Assembly: GCA_030704615.1 (NCBI GenBank)
Contig: CM060732.1
Coordinates: 16,740,001 to 16,804,000 of the forward strand
DNA: 64,000 bases
Source of the DNA: Takakia lepidozioides
Taxonomy: Eukaryota > Plantae > Bryophyta
Direction: 5' to 3'
In this document: positions 37,215-50,886 of the stretch, piece by piece
Numbering within the stretch: position 1 is the first letter of the stretch
Layout: the number at the start of each line of letters is the position of its first letter
Notes under the pieces: generated by a model
Told to the model about the DNA's origin: nothing
What the model saw: the letters and a program-made list of their open reading frames with translations, nothing else
Databases searched by the model: none
Translations under genes and position numbers: made by a program

Positions 37215-40200
37215 CTTGGTATCAGAGCTTAGAGTTCAGTACGCGATCGTCCTTCGGATTAGCCTCATCATGGGGTCGGGCAAGCCAAAGCGAAAGCGGA
37301 AGATGATGATCCTGGTGAGCCCGATGGGGGCGACGTGTCACTGAGGCGGCCATTTGAGGAAGCGATGCATGTTTCCAAAAACAAGGCCGCTCAAGAGCGG
37401 GAGGAATCTGAGGAGTCGGAGCCTGAGGAATCCCTGAGAGCTCCGACCGACCAACAGATGCCTCCCATGCCGACAGCCTTTTGGGAAGGGTTGTTGGCAC
37501 AATTTGGTGGAACGTTGAAAGACGTATTGAAGGCGGCTAATGCCACTTCCACTAAGGCAAAGTTTAAGGTGAAGCCGAAGGAACTCGGCACCTTCAAGGG
37601 CGTCCGAAATCGGAAGGCACTCAACATCTGGCTCTTGGAGCTGGAGCAGTACTTCCGGGCGGCCAAGTTGAGTGACGAGGATTGGGTGGAAGTGGCTCCC
37701 ACCTATTTGAGGGGCTATGCTCAACAATGGAGAAACGCCTTCACGACCGAGGTCCAAGCCCGGAAACCTTGAACTGGAGTGGGTTCAAGGAATTGATGAA
37801 GAGGCAGTTTGTGCCCCTCAACGCGTCCTGGCTCGCCCGGGACAAGATGAGGAATTTGAAGCAAACAGATGACTTTCGGGGATATGTCTAGGCTTTCAAT
37901 GTGCTGTAGCTCGAAGTCGCGGACATGGCAGAACCAGAAATGGTCTTCAACTTTGTGGCGGGACTGGCCCCATGGGCCAGGCGGAAGTTGGAGGAGAAGC
38001 CACCTAAGACTTTGAATGAGGCAATTGAGAGGGCTGAATGTTTCTCGGATGTCCCTAAGGGTGAAAGACAAGGCCGTACGGAGCTGAACCACAAGAAGAC
38101 CCGGCGGGAAGGTGACTCCTTCCGACCGGAAAAGAAGTGGGATAGGCCACGCGGCGACAATGGCACGTGGAAATCGAAGGGAGGGCCTTCACAAGTCAAG
38201 GCGGCACCCAATGCTTCGAAAGGAAAAGCGGGTGGAGCGGCTTATGGCGGACAAAAGGCGACCTTTGATGGAGTGTGTTTCAATTGCGGGGAGCCCGGGC
38301 ACATGGCCAAGAAGTGCACGAAGCCCCGGCAATTGAACATGACTCGGGCGACCACAGAGCTGTCGGAAGATACCATCAGTCACTTGGTGGAAGCAATGGT
38401 CGCCAGGACTTGCAAGGTAGGCAAATTTTCTTTTTGAGTTGTATCAGGAAACTGGCGCCTTACGTAAAGGCAGTCAGTTATTGTTCGTGGATGGGATAAT
38501 ATCCGGAACTAACGTGTCGTTGTTGGTGGACACAGGAGCGTCGCACTCCTTCATGACACCGGCAACGGCACAAAAGCTGGGACTCCCGACAAGTGACGTG
38601 GGGGCCTCTATTGAGGTGCGTTCTGCCAAGGAGAACCGCAATTGGTGACAAGGTTGGCGTTTGATGTTCCTCTTCAACTGGGAGTTGGGAGGGACGTGAG
38701 AACTTCACCATCTGCGAGATCGATGGAGTGGATCTCATTTTGGGGATGACCTTTTTGAGCAAATCCGGAGCGGTCATAGATGGCCGCAAGAGAGTAGTCA
38801 CGCTACCATGTGGGAATGGTGGCGAGGTCTTACGAGTGTCGGAAACGCCCAAACCTGTGGGAGGGCGAATAAACCTCCTGTCAGCAAGGGAGTGGGCCGT
38901 GGAGGAGGCACACGAGCCCTTGTTTTTGCTCTATATTAGAGAAGTGAAGGGAGAAGGCGATGGGGAGCCGAGCCCAGATTGGATCAAGGGGATTTTGGAG
39001 AAATACCAGGATGTGATGCCGGAGGATTTACCAAGCGGCTTGCCACCGCGAAGAGGAGTTGACCACAAGATTGAGGTGATACCGGGATCGGAACCGCCTG
39101 CCAAGGCGCTCTACCGGTTGAGCCACAGAGAGTTGGTCGAGCTGAAGACTCAGCTCAAAGATCTAATGTCAAAGGGGTACATCCGGCCGAGTAAGTCACC
39201 TTACGGAGCCCCGGTGCTATTCGCAGACAAGAAGGATGGGACGCTGCGGATGTGTGTCGATTACAGGGCTCTGAATAAGGTGACTATAAAAAACCGGTAC
39301 CCTTTGCCAAGGATCAACGACCTTTTCGATCGGTTGGCTGGAGCGAAGTATTTCAGCCGGATCGATCTGCGCTCCGGCTATCATCAAATTCGAGTGGCGG
39401 AAGGAGATGAGGAGAAGACCGCGTGCAGGACAAGGTATGGTTCATATGAGTTCTTGGTGATGCCTTTTGGACTCACCAACGCTCCCGCAACCTTTAGCAC
39501 GCTGATGAACAGCCTTTTCCAGGAGTGGTTGGATGACTTTGTGATCGTGTACATCGACGACATCTTGGTGTATTCAAAAACAAAGGAGGAGCACCTGGAG
39601 CACCTCAAAAGGGTGTTCCAGAAATTGCAGGAAGGGAAGCTGTATGCCAAAGCTTCAAAGTGCGAATTTGGGGTCACAAAAGTGGAGTTCCTGAGGCATG
39701 TGATTACACAGGATGGGATCAGAATGGATGACAGGAAGGTGAGGGCAATCTTGGACTAGGAGCCTCCGACTTCGGTCCCGGGAGTGCGATCCTTCCTAGG
39801 ACTCGCCTCCTATTACCGAAAGTATGTGAGAAATTTTGCCAAGATCGCGGGGCCGCTGTCAGACCTTCTGTGTAAATCCAAGGTCTGGGCATGGAACACC
39901 TTTTGTGGCCAAGCTTTTGTTGAATTGAAGCAGCGGATGGCGGAAGCTCCAGTCTTGAAAATCCCGGAGTTCGATCGTCCGTTCGAGATTCATACAGATG
40001 CGTCGGACTTCGCGATTGGGGGAGTATTGATGCAAGATGGACGTCCAGTGGCTTACAAAAGTAAGAAACTGAATGAAGTGGAGCGACGGTGGCCGACGCA
40101 TGAGAAAGAGATGAAAGCGGTGGTGCACTGTCTTGAGCTTTGGCGCCACTATGTTGGTTCCAACCCAGTGAAGGTGTTCACGGACAATGTCACGGTGAAG

Positions 40201-42707
40201 TATTTTGCCACGCAGCCCAAGTTGTCCCCAAAACAACTTAGGTGGCAAGATACTTTGGCGGTGTTCGACGTGGATATCCAGTACAAACCGGGACGGGACA
40301 ATGTGGTGGCCGATGCTTTAAGTAGAAGCAACAGCTCTTGTTGGTGTACAAGGGCGAGACGGCGCTCCAAAGGAAGATTCGGAAGGCTTGCTGGAAGGAT
40401 GAGCTGGCGAAGTCCGTGATGCATGACTTGAGGATGGGGATTAAATCGTAGTTCCACTTGCAAAATGGACTGCTCCGGTATAAGCAAAAGCGTCTCTACG
40501 TGCCGAAGGGAGGGATCAGAGATAGCCTCTTGAGAGAATGTCATGATAGCCCACTTGCGGGCCACGACGGAGCCAAGCGCACTGCGGCACTCTTGAAGAA
40601 AGAGTATTTCTGGCCCAAACTGAGGGAGGAGGCAGAGGAGTATGTCAAGACATGCACCGCATGCCAACAAAACCGGAGCGAGTACCAAAAGCAAGCGGGG
40701 CTATTACAACCCTTGCCGATTCTAGAGGGGACTTGGGAAAGCGTCTCGATGGATTTCATGACTGCTATGCCGCTGTCAAAAGGATTCGATGCAATCATGG
40801 TGGTGGTGGATAGGTTCAGTAAAATGGGCCATTTCATCCCCACCAAGGAGACGGCAATGACGCAGGAAATAGGGCGACTTTACTTCGCCCACGTCTTAAA
40901 GCATCATGGAGTCCCGAAGGATATTGTCTCGGACCGCGATCCAAAGTTTACGAGTAAACTTTGGAGGGCATTTTGGAAGAAGATGGGGACGAGGCTGAAG
41001 ATGAGCACCGCCTTCCGACCTACGACTGACGGCCAAACGGAAAGAGTGAATTCCGTAGTGAAGCAGATCTTGCGGAATTACGTGTCGGCAGACCAAACAG
41101 ACTGCATGGAACACTTAGACGCGGCAGAGTTCTGTTATAATAACACAGAACACTCCACAACGGGAGTTTCCCCTTTCGTATTGGTCTATGGAAAAGCACC
41201 TCTGGTGCCGACAAGTTGGGCCGCCCAGGACGTTGAGGAACCGGCAGTAGCGGCGGTACTGGAAGAACGCGAGCGTTTGTTGAAGCTCGCAAAGTACAAC
41301 ATTGCCAAAGCTAGGAAACGGTATGAAAGGCAGGCGAATCGGAAGCGGAGGGAAGTGAAGTTTGAGGCAGGCACGGAGGTCTGGTTGAACATCAAGAATT
41401 TCCGACTACCTCCGGAAGTGAGTCCAAAGTTTGTACCTCCGTATGCGGGACCCTTTTGCATCCGGAAGGTTATGAATGAGGATGTGTATGAATTGGAGCT
41501 GCCGGCAAACAACAAGGTGCATCCAGTATTCCACGTCTCCCTTTTGAAGCCTTACTTCAAATATGAAGCGCGTCCAAATCGGCATCAAGTGTTGCGTCCG
41601 CCACCTGTGCTGTTGGATCATGAAAATGAACCTGACTACGAGGTGGAGGTAGTGCTTAAGTCGAGGAGGATCACGAACCGAGAAACGGAGTATCTCGTCA
41701 AATGGAAGGGCTATCATCATGTGGAGGCATCTTGGGTGCGTGCCTCAGAAATGGGAAACGCATCCGAGGCGGTTGCAGTTTTCGAAGGGCGACCTCAAAA
41801 GCGGAAGAAGCGTTGATGGGGACATCAACCTTGGATCATAGGGGAGGAAATGCATGCTTAGCCCGGCTTAGCTAGCTGAGGAATCAAATTGCAAAAACTT
41901 GTTATAAAGGAAATGGGTTGCAAATGTTGTGCGTCCTATTTTGTTTGGAATGATGATGCATGGTGTGGTTGGCTAGTGTGTAGAATGCATGCTAGCTTAC
42001 AAAAGTGGGAGAGGTAAATTGGGTTAATCGTGTGTTTGCGCAGTGCCAAAATCGGGTGACTTCCATCCAAGGGGCAAGGAAACATGCGCCTTCTTTGGGA
42101 GTTCACGTGCTAGTGCGCACCTGGCGCGTGCGCGTACTATAACTGCGCTACCGAGGTGGTTGCCTTGTAGTGCGGGCTAACGCGGAAGCTACGTGCTTCC
42201 GTTCACGTACTATAATCGTGTAGCCTTGGGACGAAGTCGTAGTGCGGCTTCGACGTGTTCCCGTACCTCAGGCCAGCATTCCAAGACGGACCCAAATGTA
42301 GTGATTGGGGCGCACGGTTGGTTCAAGGTTATCTTCCTAGTCAAACGGGGGTTCGAGGTGAACCCTTGCGCAAAGGTGATGCCAAAAGCGGCATCATGAG
42401 CGATCGCAAGCAATGTTGTTGCAGTAAGGCGATTCGATCCTCAGGGAGGATCGTTCCTTGGCCTTGAAGTAGGCCAAGAAGAGTGCACTGGGAGGAGCTT
42501 GAGAGGCTCCACCCCTGGCCGGGACTTGGAGGAAGTCGGCCGAACTAGCCAGTGGAGAGTAGAGTCAAGTATGGGGTTTGGTTCTTTGCCATGGGACGCC
42601 ATGGCACGGAAACAAACTCCTTGATGTGGGATGCCACAACTTGGATGTTCCTTTCCACAAAATGGACAAGCCGATGAGGACATCGACTCCCTGTTGGTAG
42701 GGGTGTG

Positions 42708-42928
42708 TGTCGCAGCCCTTTGCCTTGAGGGCAGGGGGTCGGGACACAAGAGGGGCTGCCCCTGTGGTGGGGGCAGTGGCAGCGATAGGTATGGGGGGCT
42801 GAAGCACCCTTGAGTGCCCAAGGCACTCAAGGAGGCGGAGGCGCTCACTAGGTGGAGCCCCGCACACCGGGTTGCGGTGGGGGGGGGGCTCCACAAGGGG
42901 TGGTGGTAGCTTAGCGGGACTTAGTGGG
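42708..42928 (+). repeat. 3' LTR of the chromovirus, last ~30 bp missing
   Basis: About four substitutions versus the 5' LTR by eye; match is lost after gacttagtgg. Confidence 0.92.
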
Positions 42929-43979
42929 GGTGGCATAGGACTCACCCTGGGGCGGAGACCTCGTGGTGGGAGTCGTGGGGAGTCTTGGGACTCATCACGT
43001 TCCATAGTTCCACCTCAACAGCATAGCAGTGCACATTCTTCTGCATGGGTGACCGTCATAGCTGGGAAAATCGGAATCAAGGAAGAAGTTTCAGTGAATG
43101 GCCTACCTAATACAGTTATACATCTCAAGTGACAGAACTTTCTTTTGCAAAGTGCACTTTCTTGGCCAGTCTCTTAGAGTTTGTAGTCGTCACTATTACC
43201 GGTGAAGGAAAATGTATGGGGGTGGTAGTTAAAACTTTGCAAGCAATGGAAATAGATGGCTCAGCTGGACTCAGAAGGGAAAACCTCTTGCAGGAGTGGA
43301 TATCAGCATGAACACTCATTTGAAAACTGTGAAAGTCACTCTGAAAGGGAAGAATCTTCTTGCATTTGAGAATCTCAGCATCCATGGCAACAATATCCGA
43401 TACTACATTCTCCCAGACAGTTTGAATCTTGACACACTGCTGGTTGACTGGTCTCACTGATCCGCACATGTTTGCGGAAATGCTGGAGCCCGAGCTCATG
43501 TGGTGGGTGGGGCAAGACTCACCACGACTCATCACCGGGAGTCGAGGGTGTTCGTGGTGGTTCGCCATAAAATGGCATGGTTGTTTGTGAAACCCCCGCG
43601 GACAGCTACAGAAGTATATATAGGGAGTAGTAACCCCGAGAACTGTGCAAGCCCGTTGGTGACCAAAAGCTAGTGAGTAAGCGAGCGAGCCGGAAAGCGA
43701 CCAAAGAGTGGGGAGCTGTTCCGGACTGCCAACTACCAAATGGAATTCCGCTGGTCCCAAATCGTTGGAGGGTTCTTTGGGAGATCAAGGGGGGGACCGT
43801 TATGTCCCGGTGAGCAGCCGAAGCTCCAAGCAGCACGTTTGCGTCCGGAAGCAGGTGCCATTCAACACAAGTACGCAAGGGGATTCTTGCGAGGTATCTT
43901 GTACATTGGGACAGGGGGGTCGAGATGCAATCACACCAGACCATACGAGAGGATATCAAAGAAGTACAATCCTGCGACA

Positions 43980-45813
43980 ACAATCCATTTCGGAGGGATT
44001 GAACGTGACAGCGAAGAGGGCGTTAGATAAGAAGTGGGCAACGTTTTTCTATGAGGCCAACATACCATTCAACGTGGCACGGCTCCCATCATTTGTTTCA
44101 GCTGTGAGAACAACTTCGGAGTCAAAATGCACGTATACACCACCTCCTTACAATGCTCTACATACGGGATTGTTGGAAGAGGCCATGACTGGCCTTTCAA
44201 AACGAGTAACAGAACGAACCGGGGATTCATTGCAAAAATATTGAAGTACATTATGTGCCGATGGTTGGAGCTCAGCAAACCGACCATTATTCAACATCAT
44301 GCTCGTATGTCCAGCTGGGGAACAATTTATAGGAGCTATTGACTCAACCAGGGAACGGAAGGATGCACGTTATCAGTTTCAGGTGCTATCGAAAGCCATT
44401 GACTGTGTTGGACCGGAGAAAATTGTGCAAATTTGTACGGACAATACCTCGAACATGAGAAATATGGCCCAGTTACTTTTGGCTCAATACCCTCACATGT
44501 ATTCTCAAGGATGTTGTGCTCATATCCTCGACCTACTGTTAAAAGATTGGGGAAAAGAACAATGGGTGAAAGACCTTGTGAAGCAGGCCAAGTCTGTTGT
44601 GAAGTTCATCTGAAACCACCACATGCCTTTGGCAATATACATGAGGCACGAACCAAAATACAGCCTAAAGAATCGAGGAGAAACTCGGTTTGCCACCAAC
44701 TTCCTGATGGTGGACATGTTGGTGACTGTGAGGTCCGCGCTCGAGCACACTGTTATTGACCCACAGTGGGTAGCCCACGTACGGACGTTGTGGGACTCTC
44801 GGAAGAACAAGTCACTGAGCAAAAGTCAAAAGGTCAGAAAGACCATTCGATCAGATGATTTCTGGTCCAAGTGCGAGATTTTTGTGCACATGGTGGAGCC
44901 AACCCTTGTTATATTACGGGAGTTCGATGGAAAGAAACCAGTTATGGGAAAGGCATGGTTGCTATTGAGGTACCTTCAGCAACATGCATTTTCATTGAAA
45001 GACCCTCCATTCTCACTAGATGCAGAGTTGGCGAGAAGGGCCGAGGCGGCTTTTGTGAAACGATGGAAAATGGCCACTACAGACTTGCATGGTGCAGGGG
45101 CATTGTTAAATCCATTTCTATTGGACAACAACATGTTAAGAGATGATGTCGATGCGAAACTGGGATTGATACGGACACTCATGAAATTGGCCCCTCCAAA
45201 TCAAGGGGAGAGAGCTATATCGGAGTATCAAAGTTTCTCGGATCGTCGTGACCCTTTCCACAACCTTCCGGATCCAAAAGAACTTAACATGTAGCCGCAT
45301 GAATGGTGGGATTTGATTGGCGCCGGAGCAAGGACATTGGCCCCTATCGCAAAGGCGTTCTTGCTCCGTGTCATCCTGTGAACGTAACTGGAGTAGTTAT
45401 TCATTCGTGCATAGCAAGATTCCGAACATGTTGCATCCGGATAGGGCCGAGAAATTGGTATATGTGTATACCAATTCACGGCTTTTACGGGCTCAAGCGG
45501 GGGATGAAACTGCAGCATGGTACGAGAAGAATTTGCAATCTGAAGACTCAGCTTCTGAGGCCTATATAGCAAGTGACGATGCCGGTAATTCTACTAGTTC
45601 GGATAGCTCCCAAGCGGGAGATGCTGCAAAGGGCAATGAATATGATGCACATGGTTTCAACGAGGACGATGCTACAATGCCTTTGATGTTTAATGACTTA
45701 CTCGCGGATGATGTGGCGCATCATGTGGCTCATATTGGAGTCACCTGCACTACAGTGCATGATGCGGACCACCACCCGCATGTGCATCCTCTTCCGACAT
45801 TGCCAAGCAGTGC
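43980..45813 (+). pseudogene. hAT transposase (DUF659 plus dimerisation domain), with stops and frameshifts
   Basis: FFYEANIPFNVA, DGWS, QICTDNTSNM, CCAHILDLLLKD, ETRFAT, SSCERNWSSYSFVHSK..AEKLVYVYTN. Confidence 0.92.
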
Positions 45814-46685
45814 TGTTAACCGCTGGTTTATGACTTGGACAAAACAGGCTTTCAACACTACTGCCCATTTCCCAAGACATGCAACAGAGGTTGTCCGACG
45901 GTATGCCTTCGAAAATGATTACAGAGTAATCGTTTTAAGGATAGCTAAACCATGGCAGTCGTATGAATCAACATCTCTGCAGGTTGCTTAATCCTACTGA
46001 TTAAGCCCAACCTGCAATCTCATTAGCCTAAAAGATCTTAGTCGGAAAGGCTGAAGCCTCTTTGTTCGTACAGTCAAACAGTATTCAAGACAGCCAAGAG
46101 CTATTCTGAGATGATGCACATTCTCACTATCTCATGTTCTCTCATAATGCACATTCTCTCCATCTCACAATCACTCTACATAGAGATGTTTGGAATAGCA
46201 TGGCTTTACTTCAGAGTCCTCACATCATAGCACAAGTACACATCGAATCACTTTGATTCCACTGGATATACACTGATACCTTCTAAGTTGCGTGCAACCC
46301 TTTTATACTATGCTCGAAAGAGCAGCCTGCGGTCGTTAATGACCGTTGCCTAACTGCCTATGCAACCTAAAAGGTTTGCCAAAAAAGTGGCCCGTGGTCG
46401 TGGTCGTGACTCGTGGTCGTGTGCCTTAGTAGTACACGGCCCACGGTCCCTAGTAAAGCCTATGCTATTGTGGCCGTGTGAAATCGTGGTTCACGGCCCA
46501 CGGCTGCTACACTACCCACTACTGCTCCTCGTGGTAGTGTGTCCCGTGCTTCACTGCTGCTAAGTGCCGAGCACTTAGCCCTTTCTGCCTCGTGGCCGGG
46601 TAGTGTGAAGTAAATCACTACCCGCCATGTACCCTCGTGGCTTCAGCTCTCCCGCCCTCGTGGCACTGACACTTAGCCGTTATCA
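45814..46685 (-). repeat. 3' LTR of a minus-strand Gypsy element
   Basis: Minus-strand ends TGATAAC...GTTAACA, preceded by PPT aaaagagggggggggggg (plus-strand C run at about 46691-46708). Confidence 0.75.
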
Positions 46686-46731
46686 TTTATCCCCCCCCCC
46701 CCTCTTTTGAAATTGTGTCCGCACAATTTCG

Positions 46732-49700
46732 TCAGTTCCGGTGTTTGATGTGACTCTTGGGGATGTAGGGTGGTGGCATGCCCGTCTGCTGGTTGAGAAG
46801 TGTGTCCCAAGATGGTGATGGTCGTGGTGGCAGCTTCTTGTTCTTGTTGTCATCACTGTCTGGTTCTTCCTGTGGTTCGTGTGTGGGCCAGCTTTCATCA
46901 TCCGGGTGTTCTGCTACTCCGCCCGTGCGTACCATGTCAATTTTGGTGGACAAAGTTTCTTGGTAGGTTTGCAGCTCCTCCTTGGTCCAGGGCACAATGT
47001 CTTTGGTCGCCCTACTGTCCATTAACCAGTTAACTGCTTGCGTCCCTATCTCTTTGAAGGGGTGGTCCTTATCCAGTACCAACGGTGAAAAGTGGTCATT
47101 TGCCCGGCGCCATGCATATAGTGGTCTGTTCGTATATGCTGAAGTGCCCGAGACTCTCTTTGGTGGCTGGAATTTTTGTAATTCCCAGTGAGTATCCTTG
47201 TCAATACTCTCATAGCGCTGCCAGCTTCCCCTCATTGTGACGAATATTCTGTACAGGTAGCTGCCAATATAAAAACTTGGGCAGCCCATTACCACATCCA
47301 CTGATGGGGTGGGGTTGATCTTCAATTGCCCCACGGCCCACATGTAAGCTACCAGCTCCTTATACTCTAGAGGAGCCTGGCGCCAGAATTCAACCAATTT
47401 TGCCCCCTGACCATGTCTCCTCCCTGGCCAGTGGCCTCATCCTGTATCTCAAAGGTATGAGCGTTTGATTGAGCAAATGCAATTGGCCCAATGACCTGGA
47501 GGGAGCTAAGGCCTTGAATACCTTCTCTATCATCTCTCGGATTTGGTGGGCTGGGACTCTCATCATTTTAAAGTATTCCTCTGAATACTTCAGCCACTCC
47601 CCATCTTGCTTGCATGGCATGATTTGGAAATCATCCACTACTACTGAAGTTGATGCCACCAAAACACTTGGTACGGGGTTTACCTCCTGAGTAGATGGCC
47701 CTGCTGTGGCCTGTACTAGTGCCTGTTGACTTTGTGGTGGTTGTGTTGTTGGTAGTGTTTGTGCTGGTGTTGTTGTTGTTGATTGTATTGGTGCTTCTTG
47801 TTCATGGTCTTGCTCCTCTTGGTCGTCTTCATCCATGAGCTCATCTTGTTTTGGAATTGGTGGCAGGAATTCCTTGTGAATGTCTGTCACCAATTTCGCC
47901 AATTGACATTTCATTTGTCTTACCATTGCCCCGTTGAGTTTTCTTCATTTCCATTTCACCCCCTTCACTCAAACATGCTCAGGCCAAGGCTGCGTCTGCT
48001 GCGTCCAGCCCTGCTTGCAATGTCAGCTTCTCCAGCTGCTGCTTCCATTCTTGTTCATTGCCTATGGCAATGTCTCTTTCTGTGGTGGTTGTGAACAACC
48101 TGCTTTCAGCATTTTCCCTTTCCCTCGGCAGTACAGTATTGCATGATAGCCACTTGGTTCCCTGATCTTTGGCAACCCTCAGCTGCCCCTTGAGTGCTTC
48201 CACCTGCCTTTTGAGTGTCTCCACCTGCCCCGTGAGTGTCTCCACCTCTGTCTCCGTGTTTCGAGATTGTTCTCTTTCTGCATTGAGGTTGGCTTGGACA
48301 TTGTGTGTTTCGTCCCTCTGTCTTTGCCACTTCTGTTCTCACTCGTCTCGGCGTTCTATCAAGGTGTTGTAATGGCGAAGCAAAGTAGTCCGTTGATCCT
48401 CCAATGCTGTAATTGTAACCTCGTGGTTACATACTATTTGTGCTGCTGCCAATTCCCTATGGTGTTTTTTTTTGAGGTGGTCTATGACCATGGTAAGGTT
48501 CTCCGGACTTATGTAATCCTTGGCTCTGTCCATGTAAGACGCACCCTAGGTCCCCCAAGGTACCCCTGGGTATCCAGGGGTACCACAGACTCCCCTATTT
48601 TCTATGGTCATTTGGTGTCCCACACGACACCTTTCTTTTTATAGGGCCCACCCCCAAAAGGGGGCAGTAGCCGCAAGGCGAAGTGGCTCTTAGTTACGAG
48701 GGCTTCGGCCGGAGTCTTCTCTCTCTCTCTCTCCATGTAAGCTGTCACTTGGCCCAACGCTTGTACTGCCTACAGAATTGCATTTGGTGGTGCTTCCTCT
48801 AAACCCATGTCCCATGTTGTTGTATCCAGGACGTGCTGTGAGAGTAATAATTCCATATTGGAATTATTGTCTTGCTGCTGCTGACCTTGTGTCGCTTGCC
48901 CCACCTGCTGTTGCTTCACAACTATGGCTCCCACCTCTGTTGCTGGTTGTGTGACTTCTGCAGGTGTTGTTTGGTGGATTTCTGTGTTGGCAGGGGCAAT
49001 TTCCATGGGTGTCGTTTCATTGGCCTGCGGCTGGTCCCCTCCTTTTGGCTGTTGATTCTCTCTTTCTCTCTGCAATGTAGAATCAGCCATTGAGTTGCAG
49101 AGGTTTTCTGCCATTGCACTCGTGGTTGCTTCATCGATTCGGGCCCTCTTTGCAAGTCCGCCCTTTTTGTCCAATGGTTGTCTTTCCTCATCTTGCCCTG
49201 CTGCCGTCTCGCTTCCTTCCTCCTCCATCGTGTCTGCCCGCTGCATGACTCCTAATGTTGTTTCCTCTTCGGCTGTCAAATATACCATGTGTCAAATCAT
49301 TTGGAGCAACAGGGGAGTCACCATAGTCACTGTCGTTTTCTTCTTCTTCTTCTTTGTCAGCCTGGTTAATTCTTGGGTCAACTTTTTCAACAAGAAGCTT
49401 GCCCAATTCACGATTTGCCCGTTGAGGCAAAATTTCAACACCTGGTCGATTAGCTCCTTGGTGCAATAGCCGTGGTTTTGCCTGAGGCAAAGCAACGTGC
49501 TAAGCACCGGAGCTATCTTCTTAAAGCCGGGGTTTTTGCTGTGACTGCATGTGTAGCCCTGATCGGCTTGGTTGAGATTCTCGAATAGGTCCGCAATTAC
49601 AAACCTTGGTGGTTTGCTGCTGTGCGTTGGGACGTCCTGATTGGGAAGGTGAAACACTTCCGCCAAGTACTTCTCCGTCAGTAGAATATGTGTGTCACAA

Positions 49701-49945
49701 ACGTTTGTGCTTCGAGCGCTGGTGTTATAATTCTCCAAGGACTCCCTGCACAGATCGTGCAACGTGTTGATGAAGGACCGCAGGCCAAGACTGTCCAACG
49801 TCTCATGTGTGTCTGTGTCTTGCTTGATCTTCCTCAACGTCGGGCTGATTTTGAAATTCACCTGCGTATAAGAACCTGGTGTCTTCCGCTTAGTGCCTGC
49901 CATGTCCCTTAGTTTTGCTGTTGCTGTAAGGAATTGGAGCCCCAA
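46732..49945 (-). pseudogene. Extra (non gag-pol) ORF of an Athila/Tat-like element, decayed
   Basis: LCRESLENYN..NVCDTHILLTEKYLAEVFHLPN resembles plant retroelement extra-ORF domains. Q/T-rich and coiled-coil segments follow. Lies between the integrase and the 3' LTR in sense orientation. Confidence 0.55.
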
Positions 49946-50030
49946 TTCCTGGAAATGAAGTAATTGAAGAATGTAAACCTAATCATTCAGCGTTGCAACT
50001 GGTGTCGATTGCGTGGGTTGACCTGTGCAG

Positions 50031-50213
50031 ATGAGGGCAGCAGCAGGCCCTAGTGATGGGGTGAGATGGTGGGAGAAAGACGGAGGACCCAACATGAAAG
50101 ATGTGCACTCCACAGAGGAGTTTGTAGATGCGCTGTCAGGTGCTGGGGAAAAGCTTGTAGTTGTTGATTTCTATGGCACCTGGTGTGGTTCCTGCCGAGC
50201 TCTGTATCCCAAC
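50031..50213 (+). pseudogene. Isolated exon of an atypical (ACHT/Lilium-type) thioredoxin
   Basis: VRWWEK..PNMKDVHSTEEFVDALSGAGEKLVVVDFYGTWCGSCRALYP bounded by cag| and |gt. No other exons seen. Confidence 0.82.
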
Positions 50214-50767
50214 GTAGGATTATTTTTCTTTTCATGGAATTCCTAATGCATTTTCAGATGGAAGTTTCAGACAAATGCAATAGTGTGAGAGCATTTGCTG
50301 GCTTGCTGCTCTAAGAAAAGAAAATTACAAGAGGGTCGAGCTGTCTCCAGTGGAGGAGAGATATTTAGAGAAATTTCTACCGGGTGGATAGTGTCTTGAA
50401 AAGGATGACAGACCTCTGTAGAAATACGTTCTTGTCTGGTGCTTTTCATTTAATCTTGCGAGTGGTCAGCAATACAGGCTGAATGGACAACTGGAGATAA
50501 TAGTAACATGTTTAATGAGAAATCACATCATTCCTCATATCACATGCAGTTGTCTTTGTGGCATATGGTTCTTAGGCACTTTCACAGAGCCAGTTTTCTG
50601 ATGCCAGTACCCCTATGTTTGGAGAATGTAATCAATGACGGACAACACAACACGTCATGAAATTTAAATGTATCCAACATACTGTTTTCAAGAGAGTGTA
50701 CTCATAAGATGTTGTTTGTGCTCAATATGCCAAGGATGTACTCTCATTACATGTGGGGTGGGTGCAG

Positions 50768-50886
50768 ATGCTGTGGTGGGCGAGTTGCCGCAGGATATGG
50801 CATGACAGAAACTTCATGTCTGGTTTGTGGCACCGATGAAGGAGACAACCTGTCTGGCCATGCTGGGTCCCCGAACCCTGGCTGCA
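50768..50886 (+). pseudogene. Isolated exon of a long-chain acyl-CoA synthetase (LACS6/7-like)
   Basis: CCGGRVAAGYGMTETSCLVCGTDEGDNLSGHAGSPNPGC bounded by cag| and |gtaag. Confidence 0.8.

Larger units (their letters stand above)
36961..42928 (+). mobile_element. Near full-length Gypsy chromovirus (gag-PR-RT-RH-INT-chromodomain)
   Basis: 5' LTR 36961-37214 (TGTC..GACA); PBS tggtatcagagc 37217-37228; CFNCGEPGHMAKKC; LVDTGAS; YIDD; TDASD; HHCC; EYLVKWKGY..ASW; 3' LTR from 42708, truncated near 42928. A few stops and frameshifts. Confidence 0.97.
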
